DNA of 64,000 nt. Origin: Sphyrna mokarran (Eukaryota). Below, one piece after another: positions 24,365-36,725 of the stretch (its first letter is position 1; each line of letters starts with the position of its first letter). The position numbers were made by a program, and so were the translations under genes. The stretch is from the NCBI GenBank assembly GCA_024679065.1, contig JAGIQG010000013.1, forward strand, positions 43,400,001-43,464,000. The letters are read 5' to 3'. The notes under the pieces were generated by a model. The model did no database searches. It was not told the DNA's origin and was given only the letters and a program-made list of their open reading frames with translations.

Positions 24365-25535
24365 GCTATAGCATCATAGTGGCATACAATGCAGAAAAGG
24401 TCCTTCAAGCAAATCGAGCCTGCATTGATGATGATTAGCACTAAAGTTACGCTAGTCCCATTTTCCTGCATTTGTCCCATATCTTTGAATGTTTTGATAC
24501 TTCAGCGCTCATCCAAATATTTTTTAAAGATTGTAAGGTTTCCGGCCTTCACCACCTTTCCAGATATTCCAGATAAACCACCCTCTGATTTTTTTTTCTC
24601 AAATCTCCTCTGAATCTTTTGCCCCTTATCCTAAAACAATGCTCCCTTGTAATTGATACCTCACTAGAGGGGAACAGCTGTTTCCTATTCACTCTGTCCA
24701 TATCCCTCATAATTTTATACATGTCAATCATGTCCCCTTTCTAGCCTTCTCTGCTCTAAAGAAAACAATCCAAACCTATCTGGTCTCTCCTTATAGTTCA
24801 CATGATCCAACTCATGCAACATCAAGATGAATCTCCTTTGTATCCCTCTTGTGCAATCACATCCTTCCTATAGTGAGGTGACTGGAATGTACACAGTATT
24901 GCAGCTGTGGCCTAACTAACATTCTGTACAACTTCAACATAACCTCCTTGTTCTTATACCCTATACTACAACTGATAAAAGCAAATGTTCCAAATACCTT
25001 ATTAACTGACATATCCACCTGTTCTGCTATCTTTATGTGAATAAGTACTCTAAGGTGCATCTGATCTTCTGAGCTTCCTACTGACCTGCCATCCATTACA
25101 TAGTCCCTTGTCATGTTACTTCTTTCAAAGTGCATCATCTTGTATTTATCAGGGTTAAACACAACCTCCCATTGTTCTGCCATCTGACCAGCCCATCAAT
25201 ATTTGACTATCTTTTTCTACGACCATCTTTTTCACTATTAACCATTCTACCAATTGTGATGTCACCTGCAAAATTACTTATCTTCCTCCCTCCCCACATT
25301 ATCATCTTTATCAATAAGTGATCCAGCACTGAATCTTGTGGTATGCCAATGGAACTAACCTTCAGTCACTCAAACAGCCTTCTATCACTGCCCTTTGCAT
25401 CCTATTATTAAGCCAGCTTCAGATCCATCTCACCAGATTTCCCTAAATTCCACGTGCTTCAATCTTCTCAATCAGTGTCTCATTTCGGACCTGATCAAAG
25501 GCTTTGCTAAAATCCATATAAACTATATCAAGTGC
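24365..25535 (-). mobile_element. CR1 LINE fragment (RT C-terminus and 3' end)
   Basis: ORFs 24857-25183 (FNPDKYKMMHF, LYRMLVRPQLQYCV) and 24549-24731. Confidence 0.9.
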
Positions 25536-25696
25536 ACAGGCTAATATTCTTCCCAATGTGCCTGAATATATCTGTATGATTTTGAAATATGATATTGCAA
25601 TTTTTGAAATCTTAATATGTGTTATTTCTTTTTCTAAATAATTATATTGTGCTTATACATTATTTTAAGTTAGTACTGGATCTTTTTGTGGTGTAT

Positions 25697-25820
25697 GAAT
25701 GATGAAAAGGCATCAGTCTTAAACATAACTCTTCTTACCATGGATGCCTCTAGCCTGCTGAGTATTTTCAGCATTTATCACTTTTATTTTAGGTTTCCAA
25801 TATCTGCGGTATTTTGCTTA
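25697..25820 (+). mobile_element. Degenerate PLE-type 3' end with eroded hammerhead
   Basis: tgatgaaaaggcatcagtcttaaacataactct...cctgctgagtattttcagcattt; related to 1955-2020/2613-2660 and 40160-40260. Confidence 0.45.
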
Positions 25821-26434
25821 TGCATTCAAATTATATGGTTTGTTGTATCTGTTGCAAGTAAATAAAAGATAATCTTCGAAAATTCAAAATGGTTTGTGTA
25901 GTGATAGATTGTGCTCACATGACATTTATAGGTGCAGACATTGATAAACTGAGTTATTTTGCACTCTCAGTATGAATTGTTTGCTGGGTTGACTTGTTAT
26001 GAAGCACGCCACCCTTGTTATGAAGTCCATTACATTGTATGTAGCATAAAGTAATTGCATACAAGTTTACATATCTGTGTTATCAGCATTATATAAAAGA
26101 TTGGTGAGCGATGTTTGTGGTTCATCAGCCCACGAGATGTCTGTGGTTGTGGTCTATGCTGTGACCTGTATTTTCCAAAGCCATTTAACAACCGGTTTGA
26201 TGAACAATACAACAGTGAGGTTGTGACTGCAAAATTGCAAAAAATATTATTTGATATACGGTTACATTTATTCATAATATAAAATTAGTTTATTAAATTA
26301 TTTTAATAAGTACTTGGGATTATTTATAATAATATAATAGTGATTTTTGTAGGATTATAATTTTTAACTATTATTTGTCGAATATTTCAGAAACTTCTTT
26401 AAATTTTACATTCCATTTTTCAAAGCCATTGGAA

Positions 26435-26514
26435 TCAAAGATGATTCTGAATGGCTGACTGGGTGGTGAAAAATCTGTCAGGATTCCAGATGAAATTGGA
26501 TTGGGCAATCACAG
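26435..26514 (-). CDS. IgV membrane gene: candidate terminal (cytoplasmic) exon
   Basis: Acceptor tgtatttgctag|, phase 1, (A)VIAQSNFIWNPDRFFTTQSAIQNHL*; followed by AT-rich sequence with AATAAA at ~26290 and ~26270; alternatives exist (see findings). Confidence 0.5.
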
Positions 26515-26689
26515 CTAGCAAATACAATGATACAAATCATTTAAAAATACAACACTGTTTTTTTGTACCTCCATGCAATCACTATTGTGCTTTACTGGTA
26601 AAAATTAACTGTTGGGTAAAGAATAACTTAACTTTTCTAATACATTTAATCCTGAAATATGACTTCTTTAATTACATGTATTGCTTTGA

Positions 26690-27275
26690 TGGGGTGGCAT
26701 ATTGGCACAGTGGTTAACACTGCTGCCTCACAGTGCCAGGGGTCTGGTTCAATCCAGCCTTGGCTGACTGTGTGGAGTTTACATGTTCTTCCTGTGTCTG
26801 TGTAGGTTTTCTCCGGGTGCTCTTGTTTTTTCCCCACACTGTAAGAAGTCTTACAATACCAGGTTAAAGTCCAACAGGTTTATTTGATAGGAAACACCAC
26901 TAGCTTCCGGAATGCTGTTCCTTTGTCAGGTGAGTGGAGAGTTCCGAAAGTTAGTGGTGTTTACTATCAAATAAATCTGTTGGATTTTAACCTGATGTTG
27001 TGAGACTTCTTACTATGTTTACCCCAGTCCAACGCCAGCATCTCCACACATTCTTCCCACACTCCTAAGAAGTGCAGCTTAGGTGGACTGACCATGCTAA
27101 ATTGCCCCCTAGTGTCCAAAGATACGTAGGTTAGGGGAATAGTGCTGGTAAATATGTAGGGTTATGTGGATAGGGCAGGGGAGAGAGCCTGGGTAAGTAT
27201 GCACTGACATTCTTGGAGAGTCGGTACAGACTTGATGGGATAAATAGCTTCCTTCTGCACTATCTGGATTCTATG
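26690..27275 (+). mobile_element. V-SINE/HE1-like SINE interrupted by a PLE hairpin
   Basis: ggcacagtggttaacactgctgcctcacag head, V-domain core, CR1-like tail. Confidence 0.85.
26841..27050. mobile_element. PLE-derived hairpin element (second subfamily) with degenerate hammerhead
   Basis: Inverted arms gtaagaagtcttacaa.../...ttgtgagacttcttac; tail ccccagtccaacgccagcatctccac; 13-bp TSD with 2 mismatches (26828-26840 / 27051-27063). Confidence 0.8.
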
Positions 27276-28044
27276 GTGCATTAATGTTTAAATTAGTGAC
27301 TTAAACCTCTCAAGCTTCCTTTCATCCTTACAATTCCTGTTTTTGATCAAGCTTTTCTTTATCTTTCTTACTATCTAATATACAATCTCTGGCTCTGTCT
27401 TTGGCTAATTATCACATCATCACATTAACAACTTAATGTAAATGCAAATTGTTCTTGTAAAAATAGGGGTGCATTCCCACAGGTCTTCTGTGAAAGATAG
27501 GGCAAACTAGAGAAAAACTCTACATAGCAATTAACACAAGACTTCTATACAACTCTCCCTGACTTTTTCTCCTTGTCATTCACAGCCTTTCAGAGATTTT
27601 GCACTGTTGTATCAATTATTTAATTAGTAATCCACATTTTATGAATAAATTGCAGAGTGGGGTCTTATAGAGATCTATTAATTTATGTTATGGGCATTTA
27701 CAATGTTGTTTTTATTCTTTTGGTTAATTTTTTGATAAGGTATTGTTGCCAATACTAATATTTATTGTCCATATCTAATTGTCTTAACAATTCTTCTTGT
27801 ACTGCATTGCATTTTGACACAACTGAGTGGCTTGATGGATCACTGCAAAGGGCAGTTAAGAGCTGAACATATTGGTGAAGTATTGGAATTTACATAAACA
27901 GGTAAGCTCAGCAGGTTTCTTCATGAAAGAATATTAGCAAATTAGTTTCTTTCTTATAACCCAACTGCTTTGTTTTACTTTACTGATACAGCTCACTTTT
28001 TCTACTTACATATTTTAATAAAGAGATTCTAAGTTTTCATAATA

Positions 28045-28345
28045 TCATGGAATCCCTACAATGCAGAAGACCATTTTATCCATCAAGTCTGCACCAACAG
28101 GCCATAGCCTCATAATCCCACGTATTTACTCTGCTAACCTCCACCCACCTGCCCCCGCTCCATCCTATATATCTCGGGACATTAAGGATCATGACCAATC
28201 AACCTAACCGGAACATTTTTGGACTGTAGGAGGAAATTGGAGCGCCTAAAGGAAACTCACGCAGACAAGGGAGAACTCTACAAAGACAACTACCCAAGAC
28301 TGGAATTGAATCTGATTGCCTGGCACTGTGAGGCAATGCTAACCA
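28045..28345 (-). mobile_element. V-SINE/HE1-like SINE
   Basis: Reverse complement of the SINE head and core. Confidence 0.8.
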
Positions 28346-28455
28346 CTGAGCCATCACACTGCTAGGTGATTGCTTCTTGATTTGTACCTTGCATAGAATC
28401 CATATTTTTGTTCTCACAATAATTTCATTCACATTTTTACTTTCTCTTCACTTAC

Positions 28456-28575
28456 CTCGCCTCCTTGACCTAATCCTACAATATCTCACAACTGCCCACG
28501 TTAAAATAGCGGTGAAGATCAGTGCTCCTATTCCAGAGAATGCACCTATGAGACCACAATTTACCATGACATAAT
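28456..28575 (-). CDS. IgV membrane gene: transmembrane exon
   Basis: Acceptor ttttactttttag|, donor G|GTAAGT, 120 nt phase 1-1; (D)YVMVNCGLIGAFSGIGALIFTAILTWAVVRYCRIRSRRR = TM helix plus basic stop-transfer. Confidence 0.9.
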
Positions 28576-28744
28576 CTAAAAAGTAAAACAGATATTTGAT
28601 GAGGGCCCATGACATAGAACAGATTTTCTGTAAATAAAAATATCATAATTCAATAAGTAGCTGCAGCAGCAGGAATTGTGCAATTTATTCTCTTATAACC
28701 AGGTATTAATGGCCAATGTGATCTTATTGGCATGGTGTGGCATG

Positions 28745-29044
28745 GAGCAGCATGGTTGCACAGTGGTTAGCACTGCTGCCTCACAGAGAGCGACATGAGT
28801 TCAATTCCTGGTTTGGGTCACTGTCTGTGCGGAGTCTGCACGTTCCCTGTGTCTGCATGAATTTCCTCTGGGTGCTCCAGTTTCCTTCCACTGTCTGAGA
28901 GACGTATTGGTTAAGTGCATTGGTCGTGGTAAATTCTCTCTTAGTGTAACCGAACAGGGGGCGAAGTGTGGTGACTAGGGGATTTTCATTGTAACTTTAT
29001 TGCAATGTTAATATGTCTACTTGTGATACAAATAAATACACTTT
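28745..29044 (+). mobile_element. V-SINE/HE1-like SINE (second tail type)
   Basis: Head, core and aataaa tail as at 56447. Confidence 0.85.
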
Positions 29045-29554
29045 AATCTTATTTGTTTTGATCTCAGGCAAACACTTATAAAACAAGTTAATTGCTAGCT
29101 GCAACAATTAACTGTTTGATCAGGAAAATTGGAGACCTCTGTATTTGCATTTGTGCTTATCTACATCCTGACAAACATTCAGTTTAAACTCCTTCAGCAA
29201 AACAACACTTGCTCTGTCTGCCGCAGAATTGACCGCCTACATATGAGCTCAAACCTTGCTTTGGGCTTTATCATATGTAGAAGGTAAAGGAGATAAACAT
29301 CTTTTAGTTTGTTCAGAAGGCTGAAACTTTCTTCATATGTTTCAATTAAATGAATAAAGGGGATTAGAGAGAGGTTTAGAAGAGTTGTTAGTAACTTTTA
29401 GAGCTGGCAGAAAGAAAAATGAAATATCAGAACTAAACATTAACCTTTAAAGTAATAGTTGGAATGCCATAAGTTTAATTTGCTGTGTTTGTTTTGTAAC
29501 TTACGCATTTGTTTTGTAACATAGAACAATCTGCTTACCAAACAGCATTCTTAC

Positions 29555-29629
29555 CATTGGTTTTGTTGTCTTTCACATGAGTTAGGTTAAAGTCTTCAAT
29601 TTGCAAATCATCCATTGTCACTACTTCCC
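29555..29629 (-). CDS. IgV membrane gene: stalk exon 2
   Basis: Acceptor aacttttccag|, donor G|GTAAGA, 75 nt phase 1-1; EVVTMDDLQIEDFNLTHVKDNKTN with two N-glycosylation sequons. Confidence 0.75.
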
Positions 29630-30070
29630 CTGGAAAAGTTAATGCCCAGGAGGAATTAATAAACATGGACTGGCACCTTATTACAAATACACATTTTGTG
29701 AAGCACAATATTATCAAATGTACAAGACCATTTTGTGTTTTTAATAATGGTTAGTTGATCTCCCGTAGTTTTTTTGGCAGATGGAGACTAGTGGAGAAAC
29801 TGAAGACTGGATGGGAAGTGGAGGCTGAGGAAAGAACTGAGGAGGTGAACACAGCCCTGAGAATTGATGGGAGGTTTACAGGGGCTGTGGCTAATGACAA
29901 ACTGTGAGATTTTCTATGGCACTTGCATTTTTATTGCTAAGGAAATTATTTGCTTCACAATGGCTGGCTCACTGTTAGATATTTCACATGAGTGCTGATT
30001 TTTCATGGACTAATTCTGTCAATTTGGCAACCGATGCAGGCCAATGAAACCTCCAACATAGTACACTCAC

Positions 30071-30184
30071 GAGGTGAATTAGTAACATAAATTTTACCAG
30101 TACAAATGTTTTTTGTATTTATGGTTACCTCAGTATTGTCATTGTCAAAATGTGAACTGAAGAAAGTTACTATAGATGTCAGAG
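30071..30184 (-). CDS. IgV membrane gene: stalk exon 1
   Basis: Acceptor tttttgtacttcacatttatag|, donor C|GTGAGT, 114 nt phase 1-1; (A)LTSIVTFFSSHFDNDNTEVTINTKNICTGKIYVTNSP. Confidence 0.7.
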
Positions 30185-30293
30185 CTATAAATGTGAAGTA
30201 CAAAAAAAATTCTTGCAGATATGTATGCAGCAAATTCTTGGTGGCTTTTAGAAATCAGACAACATCCTTATCTAATTTAACATCAAGGCCAGT

Positions 30294-32960
30294 ACAAAGA
30301 ACAAAGAACAACACAGCATAGGAAACAGAACACACGGCTCTACAAGTCCGCGCCATCCATTTTAGCACTCAGTGAGTGCCTTATTCAAGTCTTTTGTCGA
30401 CCAATGACACTTTTGTCTACCTCTAGTGGACTCCACAACAAAGGAGTGCAAATTTAGGGAATTATATGTGCGTTAGATTAAGAGAGATCCAATTTAGGAA
30501 CAAATTATTGACACAATCAGCCTAAAAAGCACATTTTTGGGATGTGGGAGGAAACCGGACCACCTGGAGAAAATCCACGCAAGTATGGGGAGAACATACA
30601 AACTCCCACAGATGTTGACCCAAGCCAGAGATCCGACCCGAGTCCCTGTAACTGCATAGCAAACAGTGATAGTCATTGAACTGTCATGTTGCTTGTCAAT
30701 TGGTCTAGTTTAAGCATACACTAATGGACATAAAGCACTAGGCAACTCTTGAAGCAACATCCAAGAGCATCTCTCGCCCAACCCACCACGTGTATGCCCT
30801 TTGTTGACCAACAATGCGGACCAAATCGCCTGTGGGTGTAAAAAGGAGACATTAATAAACATACAACATTCTTTCATATCCCTCCATCTCCAGTCTGCTC
30901 GTGTGCTTATCTAGATAAGTCTTAAACAGCCCTAGCATGTCTATTTCAACCATTCAACTCGGTAGTGCATTCCAGGCCCCCACAACCCTCTGTGAAGAAA
31001 CATCCCTTTAACATCTGAGTTATACCTCGCCCCTCTCACATTGAGTCTGTGATCCCTCGTGATTTTTGCATCTAAGCTAGGAAAAAGCTTCCCACTGTTC
31101 GCTCTATCTATACTCTTCATAATCTTACATACCTCTATTAGGTCTCCCCTCATTTTCCATCTTTCCAGGGAGAACAATCCCAATTTGCCCAATCTCTCTC
31201 ATAGCTAAGACTCTCCATACCAGGCAGCTTCCTGGTAAATCTCCTCTGCACTCTCTCCAAGGCCTCCATGTCCTTCCAATAGTGCGGTGACCAAAACTGG
31301 ATGCAGTACTCTAAATGTGGTCGAACCAATGCTTTATACAACTGAACATTAGACACCAACTTTTATACTCTACACTCCTTCCAATAAAGGCAAGCATACC
31401 ATATGCCTTCTTCACCACCTTCCCCACCTGTACTGTCACCTTCAAAAACTTGTGAACTTGCACACCTAGGTCCCCTCTGTGTTTTATACTCTTAATGATG
31501 CTACTATTTATTGTATAGCCTCTCCTACATTAATTCTTCCAAAATGCATCACCTTGCATTTATCTGGAGTAAATTCCATGTGCCATTTCACGGCCCAATT
31601 TACCAGCCTATCTATATCCTGCTGTATCGTCTGACACTGTTCGTTACTATCAGCAAATCCAGCCATCTTCGTGTCATCTGCAAACTTGCTGATCACAAGA
31701 GTTACTCTCTCTTCTAAATCATTTATGTATATTACAAACAGTAGAGGTCCCTGTATGGAGCCCTGTGGAATACCACTAGTCACAGACCTCCAGTTAGAAA
31801 ACGACCCTTCCACTGCTACCCTCTGTCTCCTGTGGCCAAGCCTGTTCTCAACCCATCTCGCCATCTGTCTTTGTATCCCATGAGCCTTAACCTTTTTCAC
31901 CAACCTGCCATGAGGGAGTTTGTCAAATTCCTTACCGAAATCCACATAGACGACATCCATGGCTCTTCCTTCATCCACCATTTTTGTTACCTTCTCAAAA
32001 AATTCCACCAGATTTGTAAGGCATGACCTCCCTCTTACAGAAGCATGTTGCCTGTCACTAATGAGATTGTTCTGTTCTAAATGCGCATATATCCTATCTC
32101 TAAAAATCCTCACCAACAATTTTCCTACCATTAATGTGAAGCTCATCTGCCTATAATTACCCAGGTTATCCCTGCTACCCTTTTTAAACAACAGTACCAC
32201 ATTCGCTACTCTTCAATCCTCTGGGACATCACCTGTGTCCAAAGAAGAGACAAAGATTTCTGTCAGAGTCCCAGCAGTTTCATCTCTTGTCTCCCTGAGC
32301 AGTGTAGGATAGATGCCATCAGGCCCCGGAGATTTGTTAGTTTTAACGTTCCCTAAAAAACCTAACACTTCCTCCCTTGTAATGGAGATTTTCTCCAACG
32401 GGTCAACAACTCCCTCTAAGACGCTCCCAGACAACAAGTCCCTCTCCTTTGTGAATACTGACACAAAGTATTCATTCAAGATCTCCCCTATTCCCTTGGG
32501 CTCTAAACATAATTCCCCTCCTTTGTCCCTGAGGTCTGATTTTTTTCCTCAACAACTCTTTTGCTCCTAACATATGAATAAAATGCCTTTGGATTATCCT
32601 TAATCTTATCTGCCAAGACCATTTCATGACCTCTTTTCACCCTTCTAACTCCCCATTTGAATTCTCACCTATTCTCTCTGTATTCTTCCAGAGCTCTCTC
32701 TGTTCTCAGTTGCCTGGACCTAACATACGTCTTTCTTTTCTTTCTGATCATGTCCTCAATATCCCTAGTTAGCCACTCTCTAATCTTGCCTTTCCTATTC
32801 TTCCTCTTTACAGGCACATGGCTGTCCTGCAGCCTTATCAGATGTCCCTTAAAAGACTCCCATGTACCATATGTGGACTTACCCCTGAACATCCTCTCCC
32901 AATCAATGGCCACAATTCCTTCCTAATCCAGTTATAGCTAGCCTTTCCCCAATTTAGCAC
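30294..32960 (-). mobile_element. CR1 LINE, ~2.7 kb, frameshifted ORF2 (RT), SINE-like domain in 3' UTR
   Basis: ORFs 32665-32913, 32213-32479 (KSPGPDGIYP), 31508-32200 ([13 protein letters not shown]), 31150-31359, 30941-31192. Confidence 0.95.
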
Positions 32961-35290
32961 AATCACCTGTAATCTCACAAACTGCAGAAATCACTGAAGT
33001 TTAAAAAATCTCTATACTGGAAGTGTGTAACCAACTGCAGCGAGGTCAGGCAGTTGAGGATGGGCAGTGAATGCTGGTCTAGTCACTCAAGTCCACATCC
33101 CATGAATAAATAAAAAAAATTCTATAATGCAAAAATAAACCAAAGTCCAAGAACCAATTTATGAAAATATAGATTTATGATTAAGCGATGCAAACAGAGT
33201 ATTGGGGAGTTAGACTCATAATATTTGCTGTTGATACATTATTTTATAAAGTTTCAAAGCACAAATATGATGCTAATTTTATATTATTCTTAAACAGGGT
33301 CTTTCTTTGGTTCTTCCCACATTGATACAAACATGAGCAACTTCTAACTAAATATGCTAGCTGTATTAAGGCAGAATACTGGGAAGATCCATTTGACTGA
33401 CTCTAATCCTTCATTAAATCCATGAAGCAAAGCAATTTAAAAGTGAGAGTAATATATGATTGTTAGAAAGCAATTATAATGCAAACATAAAAATGCCTGA
33501 AACACATTATATTCATTTTGATAACTGGGGAGAATCATCAACATATTTCCATTTCTAAATTAGAAAAGAGATTCATTAAGAAGCTATGAACTGAATTGGT
33601 GCAGCTGCAAATGATCAGAAGAAGCCCAATGGTATGCATTATCCTACCTATTAATCTTGGCTTCAGCTTGCTGAGGCCAATTATTTTTATTTGATGTCAA
33701 TGGCAGTGTTGGCATTTATTACCCATTCTTAGTTGCTTGGAGAAGGTGGTGGTGTGGTAATTTGTGCTTGTAGCAGTTTGATACAAACAGCACCTTCTGC
33801 TGCCAGCAAGCTAGCTACCTATTAGTTAATCACATTGCTGTGAGGCTGGAGACACACAAGGGACAGCCTGGGGAGGACAGTAAAGCCCTTCCCCAAATTG
33901 TTTTCCTGTTAAAATTTGGCTCTCTCAAACAGCCCAACAATGTTACACGATGAGAACTTTGTTTTAATTTGAACCGACTTTAAATTCTCAAACAACTACT
34001 GTTTTTCATCAAAATTTGTTGTTTTTGAGTTAGGGATTGGGCTCAAAATTGAAGAAAATGGATCCCTTTATCGAAGAAAAAAAAGTTTTAATTCCGCAGC
34101 CTGTGCGACCATTTCCATTATTTCCTCGTGGAGCTTACTTTATTGCTCTTATTTTTCCAAAATTGTACGAAATATCACCACCCCGCGCTAAAGATTAAGA
34201 CCTTTGAACGCCCATCAGTTTCCTCCGGCTGCCTTTTGCTCAATCAGATAAAGGGCGAGGTGGAGACCTTCTGGGAGGGAGAACTGGCGAACCTGGGCAA
34301 ACTCTGGAAAGTGCTGTCCCCGCACCACCATCCTCCCCTTCCAAGCCTTTGTTGCTTGTCCCGAAAACGCTCATCTAGACCGCAGTTCAGAAACTCTTTT
34401 TAACCTTTGAATATTGCTTGGGTTTTTCCTACTTGCCCCACCACCACTATCGTGCGAAAGCTCTACACTCAGTAACTGCCACGTCTTTTCTGACTCTTAT
34501 AGAAAAACAATGGTTAGAGGGGAGGGAAGGGGAGATGAAAGGAAAGAGGAAAAAAATGTGAGATACAATGACAAAAAAGAGAACTCAATTAAATGGACTC
34601 TAGGTCAGCGACGATAATGAGAATTTTAGATGTAGACCCTGAAAATACCAGACATGTATGGGTTGTACACGAATGACTTATTCGCATTCAAAGGACTCAC
34701 GCTAACCACTTCTCTGAATGACAGGTCCTTTTAATCTCAATGCAAGCGAACTGGTATTTCTGTGACGACTCTTTTTTTTCTGTTTGCACAGGTATGCAGA
34801 CTTTTTCGTTCACTGTTCGGTATTTAGCAGAGAAATTCATCCGCTGTTTGCCTTATTGAGGGGTTTCTTCCCCCGAAGACACAACCTTTGATTCAATCTG
34901 TTGGAAAAAAAAAGCCCTTTCCCATATATCTGAACACTTAAATTTCTTTGAGATCGTTGTCCGTAATAATATTATCCAATTGCATAAGTTTATTTTTGTC
35001 TGTTTTGATTTTCGTTTTTACCAGTTCTCTTAATTTTGCTAAAACAGCCACCTGTAGACACTGGGATCAGATATTCCACACGGATTCATTGGAAAAAGCA
35101 GAGACTTCCAAAGGCCGAAGTAGCTCGATTCTCAGTGTGCTCTCAGGGAGACTGTACAGCGCTCTGGAAGTTGTATTCATCACTAGAGAATTCTAGAATT
35201 CCAAATATATATAACTGATGCATTTCAAAATGATTCACGATAATAAATCAACGAGGGAATGATTTAAATTGCTGGACAAAAATCTAGGTT

Positions 35291-35730
35291 TGAGATGGAG
35301 GTGCCCGAGTTGGACGGGGCGTGGGCACAGTAAGCAGTCTCACAACAACACGTCAAAGTCTCACAGGTTTATTTGAAATCACTAGCTTTTCGAGCGCTGC
35401 CCCTTCATCAGGTGGATGGAGGTTGGTTCACAAGCATGGAATACATGACACAATTGCAAGATAATTACATATTAGAATGTGAAGAACCGGCGGAAGGCAA
35501 GTCTTTACAGGTAACGTGTGATTATCCTTCTCTCCATGCACACTGTACTTGTAAAGGCTTGATTACCTGTAAAGATTCATATTGCAACTATTCTTCACAT
35601 TCTAATATGTAATTATTTTGCGGTTGTGTCTGTCTATATACGCTGTGAACTAACCTCCAGTCACCCGATGAAGAAGCGGCAAAAGCTCGTGATTCCAAAC
35701 AAACCTGTTGGATTTTAACTTTGTAAGAAG
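35291..35730. mobile_element. PLE-derived long fold-back (~200-bp arms) in intron 2 of the IgV gene, hammerhead-bearing
   Basis: Family tail gatggaggtgcccgagttggacgggg; minus-strand CAC-CUGAUGA-A-GGGGCAGCGCUC-GAAAA-GC-UA-GUG at ~35379-35414; degenerate mirror at ~35660-35695. Confidence 0.75.
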
Positions 35731-36278
35731 TCCCACAGCACCAAGTCTAGACTGTAAGAAATGTGAGGTAAGACAGATTTTTAGATGTCATTTAGTTTCG
35801 TCGACGAGCTTTTTAGGGAAATATCCCAGGATGGAAGAGGTTGTGAGTGGGAGAATTACAGCTCAGCTTCTCCCCACTGGAAGTATTTATTTTTAAAACT
35901 GGATTGTAATGAATTAAGGAACGAGCTCTAGAGGTAAAGTCCATGATCTTATCTGGTCTATCCAGTAATCTAAGTTCTGTGAAAGATGGGTATGATGTCA
36001 AAGATGCATATGCAACCTATGAGGCTCAATCAACTGCGTTTCAAAAATGTTAAAAACATGTTGCTCCAAAGATTTAATTGGAGGGGAATAAGGTAACACT
36101 GCCCTTAGTAATATTGAATCTGCATATCTACAATCTTCAGCTACTGACAAGTTACAATAATGTTCTCCCACTAGGTTTATTTTATGAAAATGAATACAAA
36201 TTCGTTTCAAGGACTGCAATGATTAATTAGTGCTTTAATTTCATCTGCATTTAACACCGAATAGGTAAGCGTACTCAC

Positions 36279-36626
36279 CAATCACCTTCACTATGGTGTG
36301 CTGGCTAAACTCCTCTCCACTATGAGATGTGATGGTGCAGAAATATGTCCCCGAATCGTTCAGCGTGACGTTTTGGAGAGAGAGAGAGCCATTAGGATAG
36401 ATTTGTGCCTTGAGACTGTAGTTGCTGAACCAATGTGGCATCTGGCTACCGTTATTCGGTATGAACTCAACAATTAAGCGGTGGGTGCTGGAATTCGTAT
36501 ACATCCACTGTATGGTGTGTACCTGTTCAGTCGCCACCCTGACTGGCATTGCCAGGAAGATGTTCCCATTCACCGTTCCATTTACAACGTTGGTATTGTT
36601 TCCAGTGGCCGCTGCCTGCAGCACAG
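36279..36626 (-). CDS. IgV membrane gene: V-set Ig domain exon (VSTM5/HepaCAM/CEACAM-N/CD2-type)
   Basis: Acceptor ctctttcag|, donor G|GTGAGT, 348 nt phase 1-1; IQW (C-strand Trp), NGSLSLQNVTLNDSGTYFC (E-F strands); no B-strand Cys; 8 sequons. Confidence 0.92.
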
Positions 36627-36725
36627 CTGAAAGAGATCGGAGGTAACAGAATCAGGCTACAGATTCTTTATAATGTAGACAAGGCGAGACAACAAGAATG
36701 GGCAGTTGTCCCAGACGGGAATTAC

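Noticed and set aside
27420-27510. Possible tail exon after the TM exon
   Set aside because: Acceptors exist, but the frames run into sequence resembling a repeat 3' tail; weaker than the 26514 candidate
36241-36624. ORF-track single-exon 127-aa Ig protein
   Set aside because: It starts at GTG just inside an acceptor and runs through a consensus donor; it is an internal exon
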